From Takakia lepidozioides (taxonomy: Eukaryota > Plantae > Bryophyta): a stretch of DNA of 64,000 nucleotides. Both the position numbers and the translations under genes were made by a program. The notes beneath the pieces are model-generated. The model made no database searches and was not told the DNA's origin. It saw nothing but the letters and a program-made list of their open reading frames with translations. The stretch is taken from contig CM060732.1 of assembly GCA_030704615.1 (NCBI GenBank), positions 12,834,001 through 12,898,000 on the forward strand. The letters run 5' to 3'. Shown piece after piece: positions 11,950 to 23,377 of the stretch (the stretch's first letter is position 1; the number at the start of each line of letters is the position of its first letter).

Positions 11950-13670
11950 CGGATATTTGGTGCCTGAATTGTAATGTACAACCACTTGGGCTACAATAAA
12001 TCAGGCCTTCCCATGAATTTCGGCACCGAAATCTGGATGAACATCTCTGTCATGTAACAGCTTTGGAAGCCAGGGGATGAATTCCGGCAACAGAAATCGT
12101 AATTTGTTCACCTCATGAAACTGACCAAGCACCCAACGGATGGATTTCGGTGCCGAAATTCGGATGAACATCTTCTTCATTAAATTGTTTCTGCACATAT
12201 GGGTTGAATTTGGATGCCAAAATACGGATGAATGTGTTCCTGATTACAGTCGTGATTCACCACGTGTCCGGATATCGGTGCCGACATCCGAATGACAGTA
12301 ATCCTGAATCGGCAGAATGGATGTATTTCGGCGCCGAAATTCATTCTTCATCTCCTTTTCTGACCCTAATTCTGCTGCCCTGCGGATGGATTTCGGTGGC
12401 GAAAAAGTCCTTTTTGTTTTTTATTTATTTGCGACAGATGAACTTCGGCGCCGAATCTCATCCAAGTACTCCCTTCTATTTTTCCTTTTTCTTCGCGAGC
12501 AATGAATTTCGGCGCCGAAATTCATCCGAAGTCCTCCCGATTTTTATTTTTTTTCTTCGCAAGCAATGATTTTCGGCGCCAAAATTCATCCGAAGTCCTC
12601 CCAAATTTTTTCTTTTTCTTCGCGAGCAATGAATTTCGGCGCCGAAATTTATCCGAAGTCCTCCCGATTTTATTTTTTTCTTCGCAAGCAATGATTTTCG
12701 GCGCCGAAATTCATCCGAAGTCCTCCCGAATTTTATTTTTTCTTCGCGAGCAATGAATTTCGGCGCCGAAATTCATCCGAAGTCCTCCCGAAAATTTATT
12801 TTTTTTCGCGAGGATTGAATTTCGGCGCCAAAATTCATCCGAAGTCCTTCCGAAATTTTTTTTTTTCTTCGCGAGCAATGAATTTCGGCCCCTAAATTCA
12901 ACCGACTTCATCCCTCCAAATTCTTTTCAGGGTTTCAGAGCCGGATTTCGGCGCCAAAATTCATCCAATGCCCTCCCTCCAATATTTATTTTTCTTTGAA
13001 ATGGATGAATTTCGGCGCCGAAATTCATCTTTACTGTCCGCAATGAGTAACTGTAATATTACATTTTCTATGCGACGGATGAATTCCGGCGCCGAAATTC
13101 GTCCAAACCCGACACTTACTTTTTGCTTCTGGATGATATAATTTTCCGTAAATCGTTGGAAATACCCCGTTCCGACGGCGATAACAGGAATATTCTGCAT
13201 TTAATGGAGAAATCGGCATATTAAACCCCTTCTGTCAAAATTAATTGCATTTTAGCCGTTTTTTTCATTTGAAACCGACAGTATCCATTAAGTGGTCTTT
13301 TTCGCACGGGACGTTGCCGCACATAAAGTATAATTTCGGCGCCAAAATTATAGTTAAATGTCCAGAGATGGCAAGTCCAACAGGCATGGACAACATCCGT
13401 CAGGGGCAATGATGGCGGCAAAGCGTAGCATGGTGCCGATTTAGTCTTCGCTTTGGATGAATTTCGGCGCCGAAATATGGATGATTTCACCTCGTCTACG
13501 CGCGGACGGAGATATTCGTAATGAATTTCAGCGCCGAAATATGGATGAAATGAGCCCAAGTGCAACCGTTTCCACTGTCCCGGAATTAATTCCGGCTCCG
13601 ATATCCCACTGACGGGTTTGTTCATGACGGATGAGGACTTGGGAAGCGATGAATTGCGGCGCCGAAATTC
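11950..13670. repeat. Central array of palindromic ATGAATTTCGGCGCCGAAATTCAT motifs between the divergent genes; homogeneous 62-64 bp tandem core at ~12490-12900
   Basis: About 24 motif copies read directly. A perfect 24-bp palindrome lies at 12502-12525. Confidence 0.92.
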
Positions 13671-13714
13671 GTAAGTTTGTGTGTGGAAACTCATCTGGCA
13701 CATACGCTCTACAG

Positions 13715-16700
13715 AGTGAAAGAAGTGGGGACAGCTCCGCTGACGGACTTCCAAAAGTCCCTCGATCCCGAGTTGTACAGGAAGTCCCTAGCGAAAGCAG
13801 ATCGCACCTGGTACCGACCAACACTGGACGCCATGGTGGAGATCCTCTATTCGGTGAGGTTCATCTCAAATTTCAGTATCAATTTAATGCTATTTGTTGC
13901 AGGGATCCGTGGCCTGACTGTATCTGCAAATGCAGACGAACATCAGGGATGACTTGGCCTATGCCAAAAGGCAGTTCTTTGAGAATGATGCCCCCAACAA
14001 GGCGGACGCGTCGATAGAGAGTCATATTGTGCAGGCAGGGAGGTAATCCCGGACCAAGTACAGGTCCAAACTTGTTAAGCAAGTTGTAATCGCTGACCCT
14101 GGTCTTGGTGCCGAGTTCCTGGCGGAGATAGGACTGCATTACTCCAGACCCATGAAACCGGAAATGTCCATGGAGAAACTTCATCACATCGCAGTGTCTT
14201 GTGTTGAGCCGGCGGAGAAGGTAAGCATGTGTTTATTCTTGTTTTGTGACTTCTCGCGATTCTTATGTTGGAGTTCTTGTCTGACCGATGTGAGGTGGCT
14301 GCAGACGAGGTGGCTGCGAATCTGGAACGGCCATACAAACACGAAGCTGCTGTACCACTTTCCCATCGAGCCAACAGACGACAAAATGAACGACTAGCTC
14401 AATGTGATGACTTGGTGGCATCAGGTATAATTTTCTCCTATTCTGTGTTGGACATCGTCGCAATTTCAAAATCATGAATGTTTTGGAAACCTGCCATGTT
14501 GCAGGTACTGACCCACGCCCAGGAGCAATTGGACTGCAACACCACCACTTTCAAGTTACAGATCGACTGGACGAAGCCTGAGACAATAGAGAACTACGTG
14601 CAGTCCTGGCGAGGGCGCTTCGCAAACCTCTTTTTCAGAGAAATTGCAAAGGCAAGACGCAGCGTATACATCGAAGAGCAGGAGGGTGCCGACAAAGCGG
14701 CAATGCATGTCCTGTTCAGGTAATCTGCTGCCAATGCATCCCCCTATTTGCAATTTAAATGATTTGGCTAAGCAGCGATGGATATTGCGGCGCCGAAATA
14801 TACCTCTGCAAGATGTGAGTTCTGGGTAATTGGGGCACGGTCCACTACGTATTTCGGTGCCGAAATACCTTGTGCATTGATAACTTCCACTGCATCGGTA
14901 GAATGATTTTTGTTGAACTGCCTCGTGATTGCAGGTACATAAACTTTGCACTCATTCCGTCCGGAGCCATTCAAAGGGTTCCACCATTCTTCCTGGCGTG
15001 GAGGACACCTGGAGGTCGTGGAACGATGTACACAGAAGTAATGGCGAAGGAATGGCATGCCGAGCATTTGGTAGACTGTCCCTGGTATGTGGATCTCCCA
15101 AGTGGGACCGTTGACCTCTCGGAGGTTAACTTGAAGAAGGAAGCGAATGCCAGGGCTATGAAGGCGCAATCGGATCCCCAACCAAAGGACGCGGAAAGAC
15201 TGAAAGCAGAGGAGGCAGCCAAGCAGAAAGCACTGAGAAAGTCAGCCAAGGCGGCAGCGTTGGCGAAGGAGCAGATGGAGAAGCAGGCAGCTGAGCAGCC
15301 CAAGGACAGGAAGAAAAGAACGCGCAAACAGGGGCAAGAGACGAAGACCCCCACACCCAAGAAGAAGAAGCAGCAACACAGTCAGCCAGATGAGGAGGAT
15401 TCTGACGACGATTTCCAGCTGAAAAACACCCAGGGGGCCACACCTCGTCCAAAAATTCACAAGGGCCAGCGCTCCGGGGGGTCGGCTGTAAAGAGATCAC
15501 TATACGAGGATGCACCTGGCAGACCCTACCGTGCGGTGCACATTGCGGGCAGGGAAGTCCTCAAAACACCCACAATTGTGGAGTGTGTTAATGAAAATTT
15601 CCTAACTGCTCTGACTAGAAGGCTGGAGATAACGAGATTGAGGAAGGCGATCGAGGCCCACCAGGGGAAGGGGAAGAGGAAGGCCACTGGCAATGATATG
15701 GAGGACACTCCTGGCTACACAAAGATGATGGAGTATTTTGTGGCAATGAGCCACGGCAAAAAGAGCACAGTCGGGGGCAGGGCGGTGAAAGCCTCCATCG
15801 ACATGATCCTTGTGGATATCCCTGGGCAGGAGATACTGGGGCTGGGCTCAGTACCCTGGTGGAACAAGTACGACGAAAGATACTGGAGCCACACATTCGG
15901 GTTCGCAGCCAACATGTTGGACGACGTTGGCTGTGTTGTTGTGCTAGCAGCCGATGGAGAAGTCACTGAGAATGATATCAAAGTATGGACGGGGAGAAGT
16001 GCAGCACCCATCCTGAAAAAAGATCTGGACTTGCATCAACACGCAGGGTCTTCTCAACGATGGCCAGAAGGTATGCTGTGGTTCTCCTCTGCTATGTCAA
16101 TTTCTGCGTCGAAATTGCCCTTGTACGTGTAGGCCACCTCTGACGTTTTCATTTCCTTCTCTGCAGACTCTTATCTTTCAGGCATTTTGCTTCGTGAAGG
16201 AACATTCGAAATTCAAATTACGTGAAGCAGGAAGACTTGTTGATTCCACAGTTGATCCACTGGAGTATAACGTCCTGTTCAACCATGTGGGAGAGAAGGA
16301 CATTCTTTGTGATTTGTCGGGCAAACCATGGAGGTATGGCAGGACCAGAAGTCCTGCATTCATCCAGAAACGTGTACGGATGTTGAAGGCAGGGTCCTTG
16401 ACGTCACTGCAAATACAGGTGAGAACGTTAATTGAATGCGGCACCGAAATTGACACCATTTCCGTTTGTGTATGTTTGCTTGTGCGAGGAAGCGACTCAT
16501 TCTTGAGTTTGGCTGTGGTTGTGTCGTATGAATTCGCAGGTGCCTGTATGTGGGCGGGAAGGATGTCGAACCGATCTGTGTTCTCATTTGAGGGGGATAC
16601 GGCCTTGTACGATTACAATTTGGCGGGCCTTCATCGTCTGCCTCCGACTGAGGATCCCAAAAACGCAGAAGAAGACGTGGAAGGAGAGGAGGAAGATGAA

Positions 16701-17389
16701 GAGGAGGAAGTCTAGGAAATTCGTTCGATGCAAGGGCGCCCGAAGCCGCTTCCCCCAATGCCTGTCTTCGAGTGAGTTGCACCACAGTAAGTGTATTGGT
16801 TTCGGTTGTAGGGACCATGCAACCTGCCGATGATTCCCTGTTTGAATTCTCTAATGTACTTCATTCTATGTTTGTGCGTACACTCAGCCTTGCAGAGTCG
16901 TCCGACGAGGAGAAGCTGGGAGACTTGCCCGAATCGGACCCTGTTGCAGAGGAGGAGACAGAAACGCATCGGCCATTCTTTGCCAGAAAATCGTTTCTCG
17001 CGAGTCCCCAGAAGCCTTTATTTCTACCAGCCTATGCAGACACGGCTGCCAGAGAAGCCATCAGGATGGAGGATAGGCCTACTCGGTTAGAGCAATTGAC
17101 ATACGGGAATGAGCAGAGAATTATAATGAGGCGTGAGGCCAAACATAGAATTGTGAAAGGCAGAGTAGGGAAGTTCGTAATAGAATCCGCGTCCGAGAGC
17201 GAGGGGAATGTTGAGGACACTTCCGCACCCAGGTGGACAGTTCCGGCTGGTGAGGATGGTATTTTTGAGGGGAGGGCTTCTCAGAGTAACAGCGGTAGCG
17301 GCAGTGCAGGTTCGGAGGCAGGTGGAAGGCAGCCATCCTTGCATGAGGCCGGGGATGCATCGGACAGTGATAGCGGATCCTCACCATAG
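13715..17389 (+). pseudogene. Multi-exon MULE cargo gene ending in an N4C/N6A (beta-class) DNA methyltransferase-like domain and an acidic tail; disabled in this copy, 5' end unresolved
   Basis: Proposed GT-AG exons, all frame-consistent: ~13715-13853, 13903-14220, 14305-14424, 14505-14719, 14935-16070, 16167-16418, 16540-16771, 16888-17389. Motif-IV-like IDMILVDIPG (15797-15826), AANMLDDVGCVVVL, and motif-I-like CTDVEGRVLDVTANTG|ACMWAGRMSNRSVFSFEGD. In-frame stops at 13915, 14044, 14395 and 16713; frameshifts at ~16016-16021 and ~16370. Confidence 0.7.
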
Positions 17390-17634
17390 CAAAGTCTCAT
17401 TTGGATCCTTTTGTTGTACAATTCTGAAACACTTAATGAAAATATTGACGATTTGAAAAATCATTGTGTTCAGATTGCTTGTCCGATTCCCTACATTTCT
17501 TCCGCCAACCAAAATGTATAATAAAAGCAGAAGAGACGCAAACTTCAGTGAAGAACCCTACAAGTAATTTATGCACACCATCGAGCCGGGAACTTGAAGC
17601 CATGAAAACCCTGCCGTTTCTAACATTCCTATTG

Positions 17635-17920
17635 GGAAATTTGGCGCCGAAATAGCCCAGTGCGCGCCTTCGTTATATGGGCCTCAAAAATTCCACGGAT
17701 GAATTACTGCACCAAAATATCGCGATGGAAGCCTTCAGCACAAGGCACTTCAGCACATTCCACTTGGGTATTTCGGCGCCGAAATAGCCCGTTCTGCGCC
17801 TTTAAATACCGCACTATATCACATTTTAAGAGGTAATTTCGGTGCCGAAATACCCCGGTGGATGTCTTCAAAACACCATTTTAGCACACTGCTCTTGGGA
17901 ATAACGGCGCCAAAATACCT
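17635..17920. repeat. Right subterminal array of GGCGCC palindromic motifs (65-67 bp spacing)
   Basis: Cores at 17643, 17708 (degenerate), 17775, 17841 and 17906. Confidence 0.8.
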
Positions 17921-18073
17921 CATTCCGCATCCTGGACCAGGAGAAACAGACCCTATTACCGAGGTAAGAGGACATAACACCGTCAATAAAGGCAGGAAAA
18001 TTCCAATTCCGCGGATGCCCGCTCATGAGCTCATAGGCTCATAGGCTCATGGGCTCATGAAATAGTAAACCTC

Positions 18074-19270
18074 TGTGGAAACTCGTGAAAGAATTTATAA
18101 AATCTTGCGACACGTGTGCTAGAGCGAAGGGACCACAACATCAACCTTACGACCTTCTTCAACCATTACCCATTCTCAAGGGTCTATGGTCGTCCGTGTC
18201 TATGGACTTTATTACGGACCTTCCAATTTTCATGACCACCGATTCAATCTTTGTTATTGTGGATCGTTTTACAAATATGACACATTTCATTCCATGGAAT
18301 AAGACGGTTACCGGCGAGGAAACTGCAAGACTCTTCCTCAATAATATCTACCACATTTATGGACCCCCGAAGGACATCGTATCTGATCGAGAACCACAGT
18401 TCATATCAAATTTCTGGTGGGGATTATTTCACGAATTGGATATTAAGATCAACCTCTCTACAGCTAATCATCCACAGACTCAAACCGAACGCGTAAACCA
18501 GATTTTGGAGCAGTATCTTCGTTGTAATTGGACGGACCTTCTACCATTGGCTGAGTTTGCCTACAACAACACTATACATTCTTTGACCAAGCAAACTCAA
18601 TTTTTCTCCAATTATGGTCATCATCCTCGAGCAAACCCTTTCCACATGAAGACTGTTGGAAGCCCTGCTACGGAAAACCTTGTTACACATCTTGCTAAGA
18701 TTCATAAGGAGCTTACATTCCACTTCGCAGAAGCTAAAAAATAATACAAAGAGTATGCAGATCAACATCGACAACTTCAACCCCAGTTCAATGTCGGAGA
18801 TCGTGTATGGCTTCTTCGACGTGACATACAAACTTCGCGACCATCAAGGAAGTTGGATTATCAACGCCTGGGACCATTCAAAATTATTCGTCAAATAAAT
18901 CCGGTCAGTTTTCGGCTTGAACTCCCACGAAGTATTATAGTGAAAGACATCAGTGAGAGTTTGGGTTCCACTGAATAAACAGTGCGTAACAAGGAAATTA
19001 AAACTAAAGAACATTTCTTCTTCTACTGCCCTCTATACTACGAGATCCGTGGGAGATTCGATTGAAGTCAATCAGGAAATTGAGTATGAAGTCGACGAAG
19101 TCCTAGACTCTCGCATCAAGTATAAACGTCTTGAATATTTCGTACAATGGAAAGGCTACGGCATCAGCGAACAAACGTGGGAACCGTCATCCAACCTCGT
19201 CAATGCATCTGACAAAGTCCAAGAGTTTCATCTACGATATCCAGCTAAGCTTCGAGCCACACGTCAATAA
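18074..19270 (+). mobile_element. Chromovirus integrase core plus chromodomain (degenerate)
   Basis: SCDTCAR, SVSMDFITDLP, IVDRFT, IVSDRE, HPQT.TERVNQILEQYLR, GPF motif (RLGPFKI), and chromodomain EYEVDEVLDSR..LEYFVQWKGY..TWEP..NL. Confidence 0.92.
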
Positions 19271-19833
19271 AACGTCACTACGATGATGTTAGTCAAGTTA
19301 GCTTCAAGGTGAAGACTCCACATTCAGTGTACCTGATACACGCTAAGGAGGGAGGAGCACCACCCATCAGTATATATTGCTACACTTCTAGAACTCTTGC
19401 ATCTTGTATTGGCAGCATGGAGTCATAGGAACCAGATACATTGGAGCTGTCGCTTACCTAACTACCAGACCAGCCGTTCCGACTCTCACGACCTTCAACA
19501 TCACGCCGACGCTCTCGAGACGATGGGCCACTAATGCGATGCGTACTTCCTCGTCTGGACCCTGTACGACGGCAAGTGGAGCCTACTCGAAGTCTGATAA
19601 TCTTGTTGGAGGTTGAGGCTGCGAAAATCAGAATGCTCAAATCACTGCGTGGTCCTAAGTTCAAGGTGTTGGATACTATTGATGGTTGCAAGGACCTATA
19701 AACCATTTGAGTTAAGAACAAAGAGCCAAATACTTAGCAAGTACCATTCGCCGGATTTTGGATTTTCTCCAACTCTAAGCAAATCCAAGATTTTACCGCT
19801 CTTTGAGGAACTCGGCACTAGAAGAGGGGGTGA

Positions 19834-20346
19834 TGTCACGGATAGCCTAGAGAAACTTACCAGGAGTAAATACCAAAAGTTATCTAATTACCATGTTACC
19901 GAAAGTTATCGTGATTTATCATGATCTACCATGATTACCATGGTTACCATTAGTTACTAAATTATCGGGAGTTTACCAAATTATCGAGAGTAACTTGGGA
20001 AACTGCTCAGGAAGCTTCTTTTGGAGGAAACTTCTCCATCAAAATACCTCTTTTTTTTAAGGAAACTTCTCCATCAAGAAACCTCCATTGGGGAAGCCTC
20101 CTAGTAGCCAGTATATATAGGAGGCGAGACTAGACACTCTTCAGTCTCACCACCACAAGTTCAAGCTACTCTTATTTCTAGTCCAAGTACTCAGTCCAGC
20201 TTCGAGTACTTTAGTCCAGTTTCCAGTATCTGGTACTCCAGTCTAGTTTCCAGCATTCCAGTATTCAAGTCGAGTTCCCGTATCTTGTACTCTTGTCCAT
20301 TGTTATAAAGATCATCTTTATTCATGTTTACCCATCATGCATTCGG
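19834..20346 (+). repeat. 3' LTR of the chromovirus (truncated), preceded by polypurine tract AGAAGAGGGGG at 19820-19830
   Basis: PPT followed by a TG start (TGTCACG). TATATA box at ~20113. Segment 20227-20347 matches the reverse complement of ~25700-25821. Confidence 0.75.
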
Positions 20347-20610
20347 CACTACAACAGAACGCGGTATATCTGACTGTCAGGCCGCGGTAGTCATGGTTTT
20401 CCTGACTTTGACCATGACTTCCCTGTATATTTGGACCAAATGGGGCTTCACGTAGTCATTGAAATGACTACGTGACTACGTAGTCCTCTGGGTGACTACG
20501 TTGGTAGACTTCGTCATGACTGCATGGCTCCGCACTAGCCGGAAGGTTGGTCAACGATGGTTGACCAGCGTGAGCTCATCACCAAATAGTCGTTGGAATG
20601 ACTTCTAGTG
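20347..20610 (+). mobile_element. Probable CACTA (En/Spm) element terminus
   Basis: CACTACAACAGAA begins exactly where LTR homology stops, followed by GTAGTCA/TGACTAC subterminal-type repeats in both orientations. The partner TIR was not found. Confidence 0.5.
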
Positions 20611-21269
20611 CAAGCGCGGTAGCCAAAAGGTTAAAACAATTTAAAAAGTTGCTTATAGGGTTGCCCATTAGAGGGCTGGGACTTAGTTTTTTTTCTTATT
20701 TCTCCTGCGCGGTTTCTTAGTATCGAGCTGTTGTGTCATGGAACACGATGATTGCAGGATAGGGCGTGGGATGGAGGCTTTGCATTGAGCTACTGATGCG
20801 GGGCGAAGCGCAACCTGCACCACAACCGCAATGGGCTCTTAGCTCATGTTAGTACCGTGATGTGGTATTCTTCCTGATGTTTACAAGGTTCTTGGGAGAG
20901 TGAGCTTGGTCTTGGCAGTCCGTGTTTCAATCGACGCCCGCTCAGCTGCACCGTGGTGGTTCTCACAGACCAATCCGACATTACCTGACGACAGACACAA
21001 GCAACACACACAAAAGGTCATCTTGGGTTCATAGTCAGTCAAATCTTCCATGGGTCATGACACAAGGTCAAGGACAATGTGGTGAGGGCACCTTTTTCTT
21101 CGACTGATTTCAGCTTGTTTTGCCCTCTCATCAAACTCGGCACGGAGCAGAGCTGGCATGAGTTTGTAAAGATCCTTCACGATCATGGTGGGACAACCGC
21201 AATCACAAGGTGTGGTTTTTTCTTAATGTACCATATGAAGAAGTTAGTCCATCCTGCAAATGTGGGCTC

Positions 21270-21455
21270 TTGGCTCCTGTTATGAAATGACAGCAAAAAG
21301 GAGGGTTATTTGCATCCTCAATGCATGTGCTGACCTGGGAGCCCTGTAAGTAGGCAAGAGGTTGATGCTGACATCATCAAAGCTGGGATTGCACTGGATG
21401 TAAATTTGGAGACTAGCCTTGCTGACATGAACGCGAAATGTGGAAGCATGCCTGG
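21270..21455 (+). pseudogene. Short PLS-PPR fragment downstream of a copy of the PPR upstream region
   Basis: Degenerate FICILNACA.LGAL..GK.V.ADIIKAGI..DVNLET.LADM.AKCGS. 20860-21250 is homologous (inverted) to ~40180-40560. Confidence 0.65.
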
Positions 21456-21944
21456 CAAACTCCGGTGAGTGTAAGTTTTGGTTGTTGTTATGGTTGATGA
21501 CCTGGTTTAGTATCTTTAAATAAATATACACGTGTACCATATTCTTGGTAGTTAGGGACTGGTGATTGATTTCTGAATATTTGTTGGAAGATTAGGATTT
21601 CTGAGATACATCTATTGACTAAGTTTTCAAAGTTATATGCACTAAGTTACAATCTAGCTTGCCATGTACAAGCTCCCTGAGATTTATTGTAATTCAGGGT
21701 CACTTGACCAGTCTGTTACCTAAAATCCCATCATTTAAAACTGCCTTGCTGTACATTTTTCACCAAAGGGGCTTGTGAATTCTCTCGCAATAAGTTTAAG
21801 CAAGAGGGTGAATGCAAACATCTGTAGCAGCAGCCAGATTGAGCATTGTGTGGGAGCGAATCCGTAAACACAAGCAACCAGTTGTGGAGCCCCGTGAATC
21901 AGCCCTTTTCAACCAGGCCAATGCAATAAGCTTACTCACTGGAC

Positions 21945-22910
21945 CTTTTGTTCGAGATTTTTGAAGTTGGTAGATAGCGTATTATAGGCACAAACCTGCA
22001 AATGGATTTGAAGAGGGCGTCTCCCTTGTGAGAATACCTAGGACATTGAATTAGGATATGAATAATAATGTCTTCAGGTTGCCCACACCACCGGCATTGG
22101 CAATCCACTTTTCCTCTCTACTTCTGATTGTTGTCCAAATGCAGCTTCCCGCTTGGAGTTTACATTCACTTTACAACCAAGATTGACCTGAATGGGCCTG
22201 GGCTTTTGGCTTAGCCTTCAGATTTACAAAGTTGGTAAATAGGGGCACGTGAACAATTCCCTGAATGGATTCTCACGGGAATTTGCGATCCCCCTTCCTC
22301 TCTGATTTTGTTTGCTGCTGAAAGGTAGGCTTCCTACCCTAAGTTTAAATTCAGTCTAGTGCCGAGAGTGTGAAAGGGGGCCGGGGTTGAGCCTTGGCTT
22401 AGCCTCGAGATTTCTGAAGTTGGTAGATAGGGTATAGGCACAAACCTGCAAATGGATTTGAAGAGGGCATCTCCCTTGTGGGAATGCCTAGGACAGAAAA
22501 TCAGGAAATAAATAATAAATTTGTCTTCAAGTTGCCCACACCATGGGCATTGGCAATCCACTTTTCCTCTCTACTTCTGTTTGCTGTCCAAATGTAGGCT
22601 TCCCGCTTGGAGTTTACATTCAGTTTACAGCCAAGATTGACCTGAATGGGCCTATGACTTAGCGTTCAGATTTACAAAGTTGGTAAATAGGGACACATGA
22701 ATAATTCCCTGAATGGATTCTCGCGGGCATTTGCGATCCCCCTTCCTCTCTGATTCTGTTTGCTGCTGAAAGGCAGGCTTAATCCTGCCCTAAGTTTAAA
22801 TTAGTCTAGTGCCGAGAGTGTGAAAGGGGTTGAGCTTTGGCCCAACCTCGAGATTTTTGAAGTTGGTAGATGGGGAATAGGCACAAACCTGCAGATAGAT
22901 TTGAAGAGGG
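21945..22910 (-). repeat. ~440-bp tandem duplication (about 2.2 units) of an L1-like C-terminal Zn-knuckle fragment
   Basis: Repeated block GAGATTT.TGAAGTTGGTAGATAG..ATAGGCACAAACCTGCA at ~21953, ~22407 and ~22850. Minus-strand CPWCGQLED...FCP. Confidence 0.6.
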
Positions 22911-23377
22911 CTCTGGACCGAAACTTCTCCGCAACCACTTTGATTGTTACACTAACATTTGACAAGGACCCAAGAGCTCAAGTTATGAAATGAACGGATG
23001 GTGTTCTGCACTTTGGCCTCCTTGCAGGTTTGCGAGAGTACTCGTTGGAAATCTGACTTGTGAAACTTGTAATTGGAAGCAAACATAAGATTAACATACT
23101 TTTTGGATGGACTGTAGAGGTATGTAGGGTTGCTGCTTTGTTTTGTCGGGTTTTCAGTTCTGGCATTCTGATTATGACTTTGAATTTCATGCTTGTCTCT
23201 ACTCTGACAATGACAGAGAGTAGAGTTAAGTCAACTCAAGGCAGCAGCTGCAGCGGCACAGTTGATAAAATCAGGCACCTCAACCATGAGCACAGCTTCT
23301 GGAAGAGGATCAAGAGAGGGAGTCCACAATGCCTCTTCTGGCACTTGTGGGCACGTGAAGATGCTTTGCGGCAAATA

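Larger units (their letters stand above)
6146..18073. mobile_element. Mutator-like (MULE) DNA transposon, 11,928 bp, with cargo genes
   Basis: Perfect 9-bp TSD TGTGGAAAC at 6137-6145 and 18074-18082. Imperfect TIR GGGGGTTGCTATTCCATGAGC versus revcomp GAGGTTTACTATTTCATGAGC (17/21). Further inverted repeat ATGAGCTCATGAGCGGGCAT (~6161-6180 and ~18015-18034). Internal DDE/SWIM transposase. Splits an integrase reading frame. Confidence 0.92.

Noticed and set aside
11950-13670. CRISPR-like look (regularly interspaced palindromes)
   Set aside because: Eukaryotic transposon context with no cas genes. Spacers in the core are copies of each other, and the repeats degenerate gradually.
13682-13690. Third TGTGGAAAC matching the MULE TSD
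   Set aside because: No adjacent TIR and it does not restore the integrase frame; treated as chance.
12204-13754. Short ORFs with repeated NFGAEI / EFRRRNS peptides
   Set aside because: These are translations of the DNA palindrome in both orientations, not proteins.
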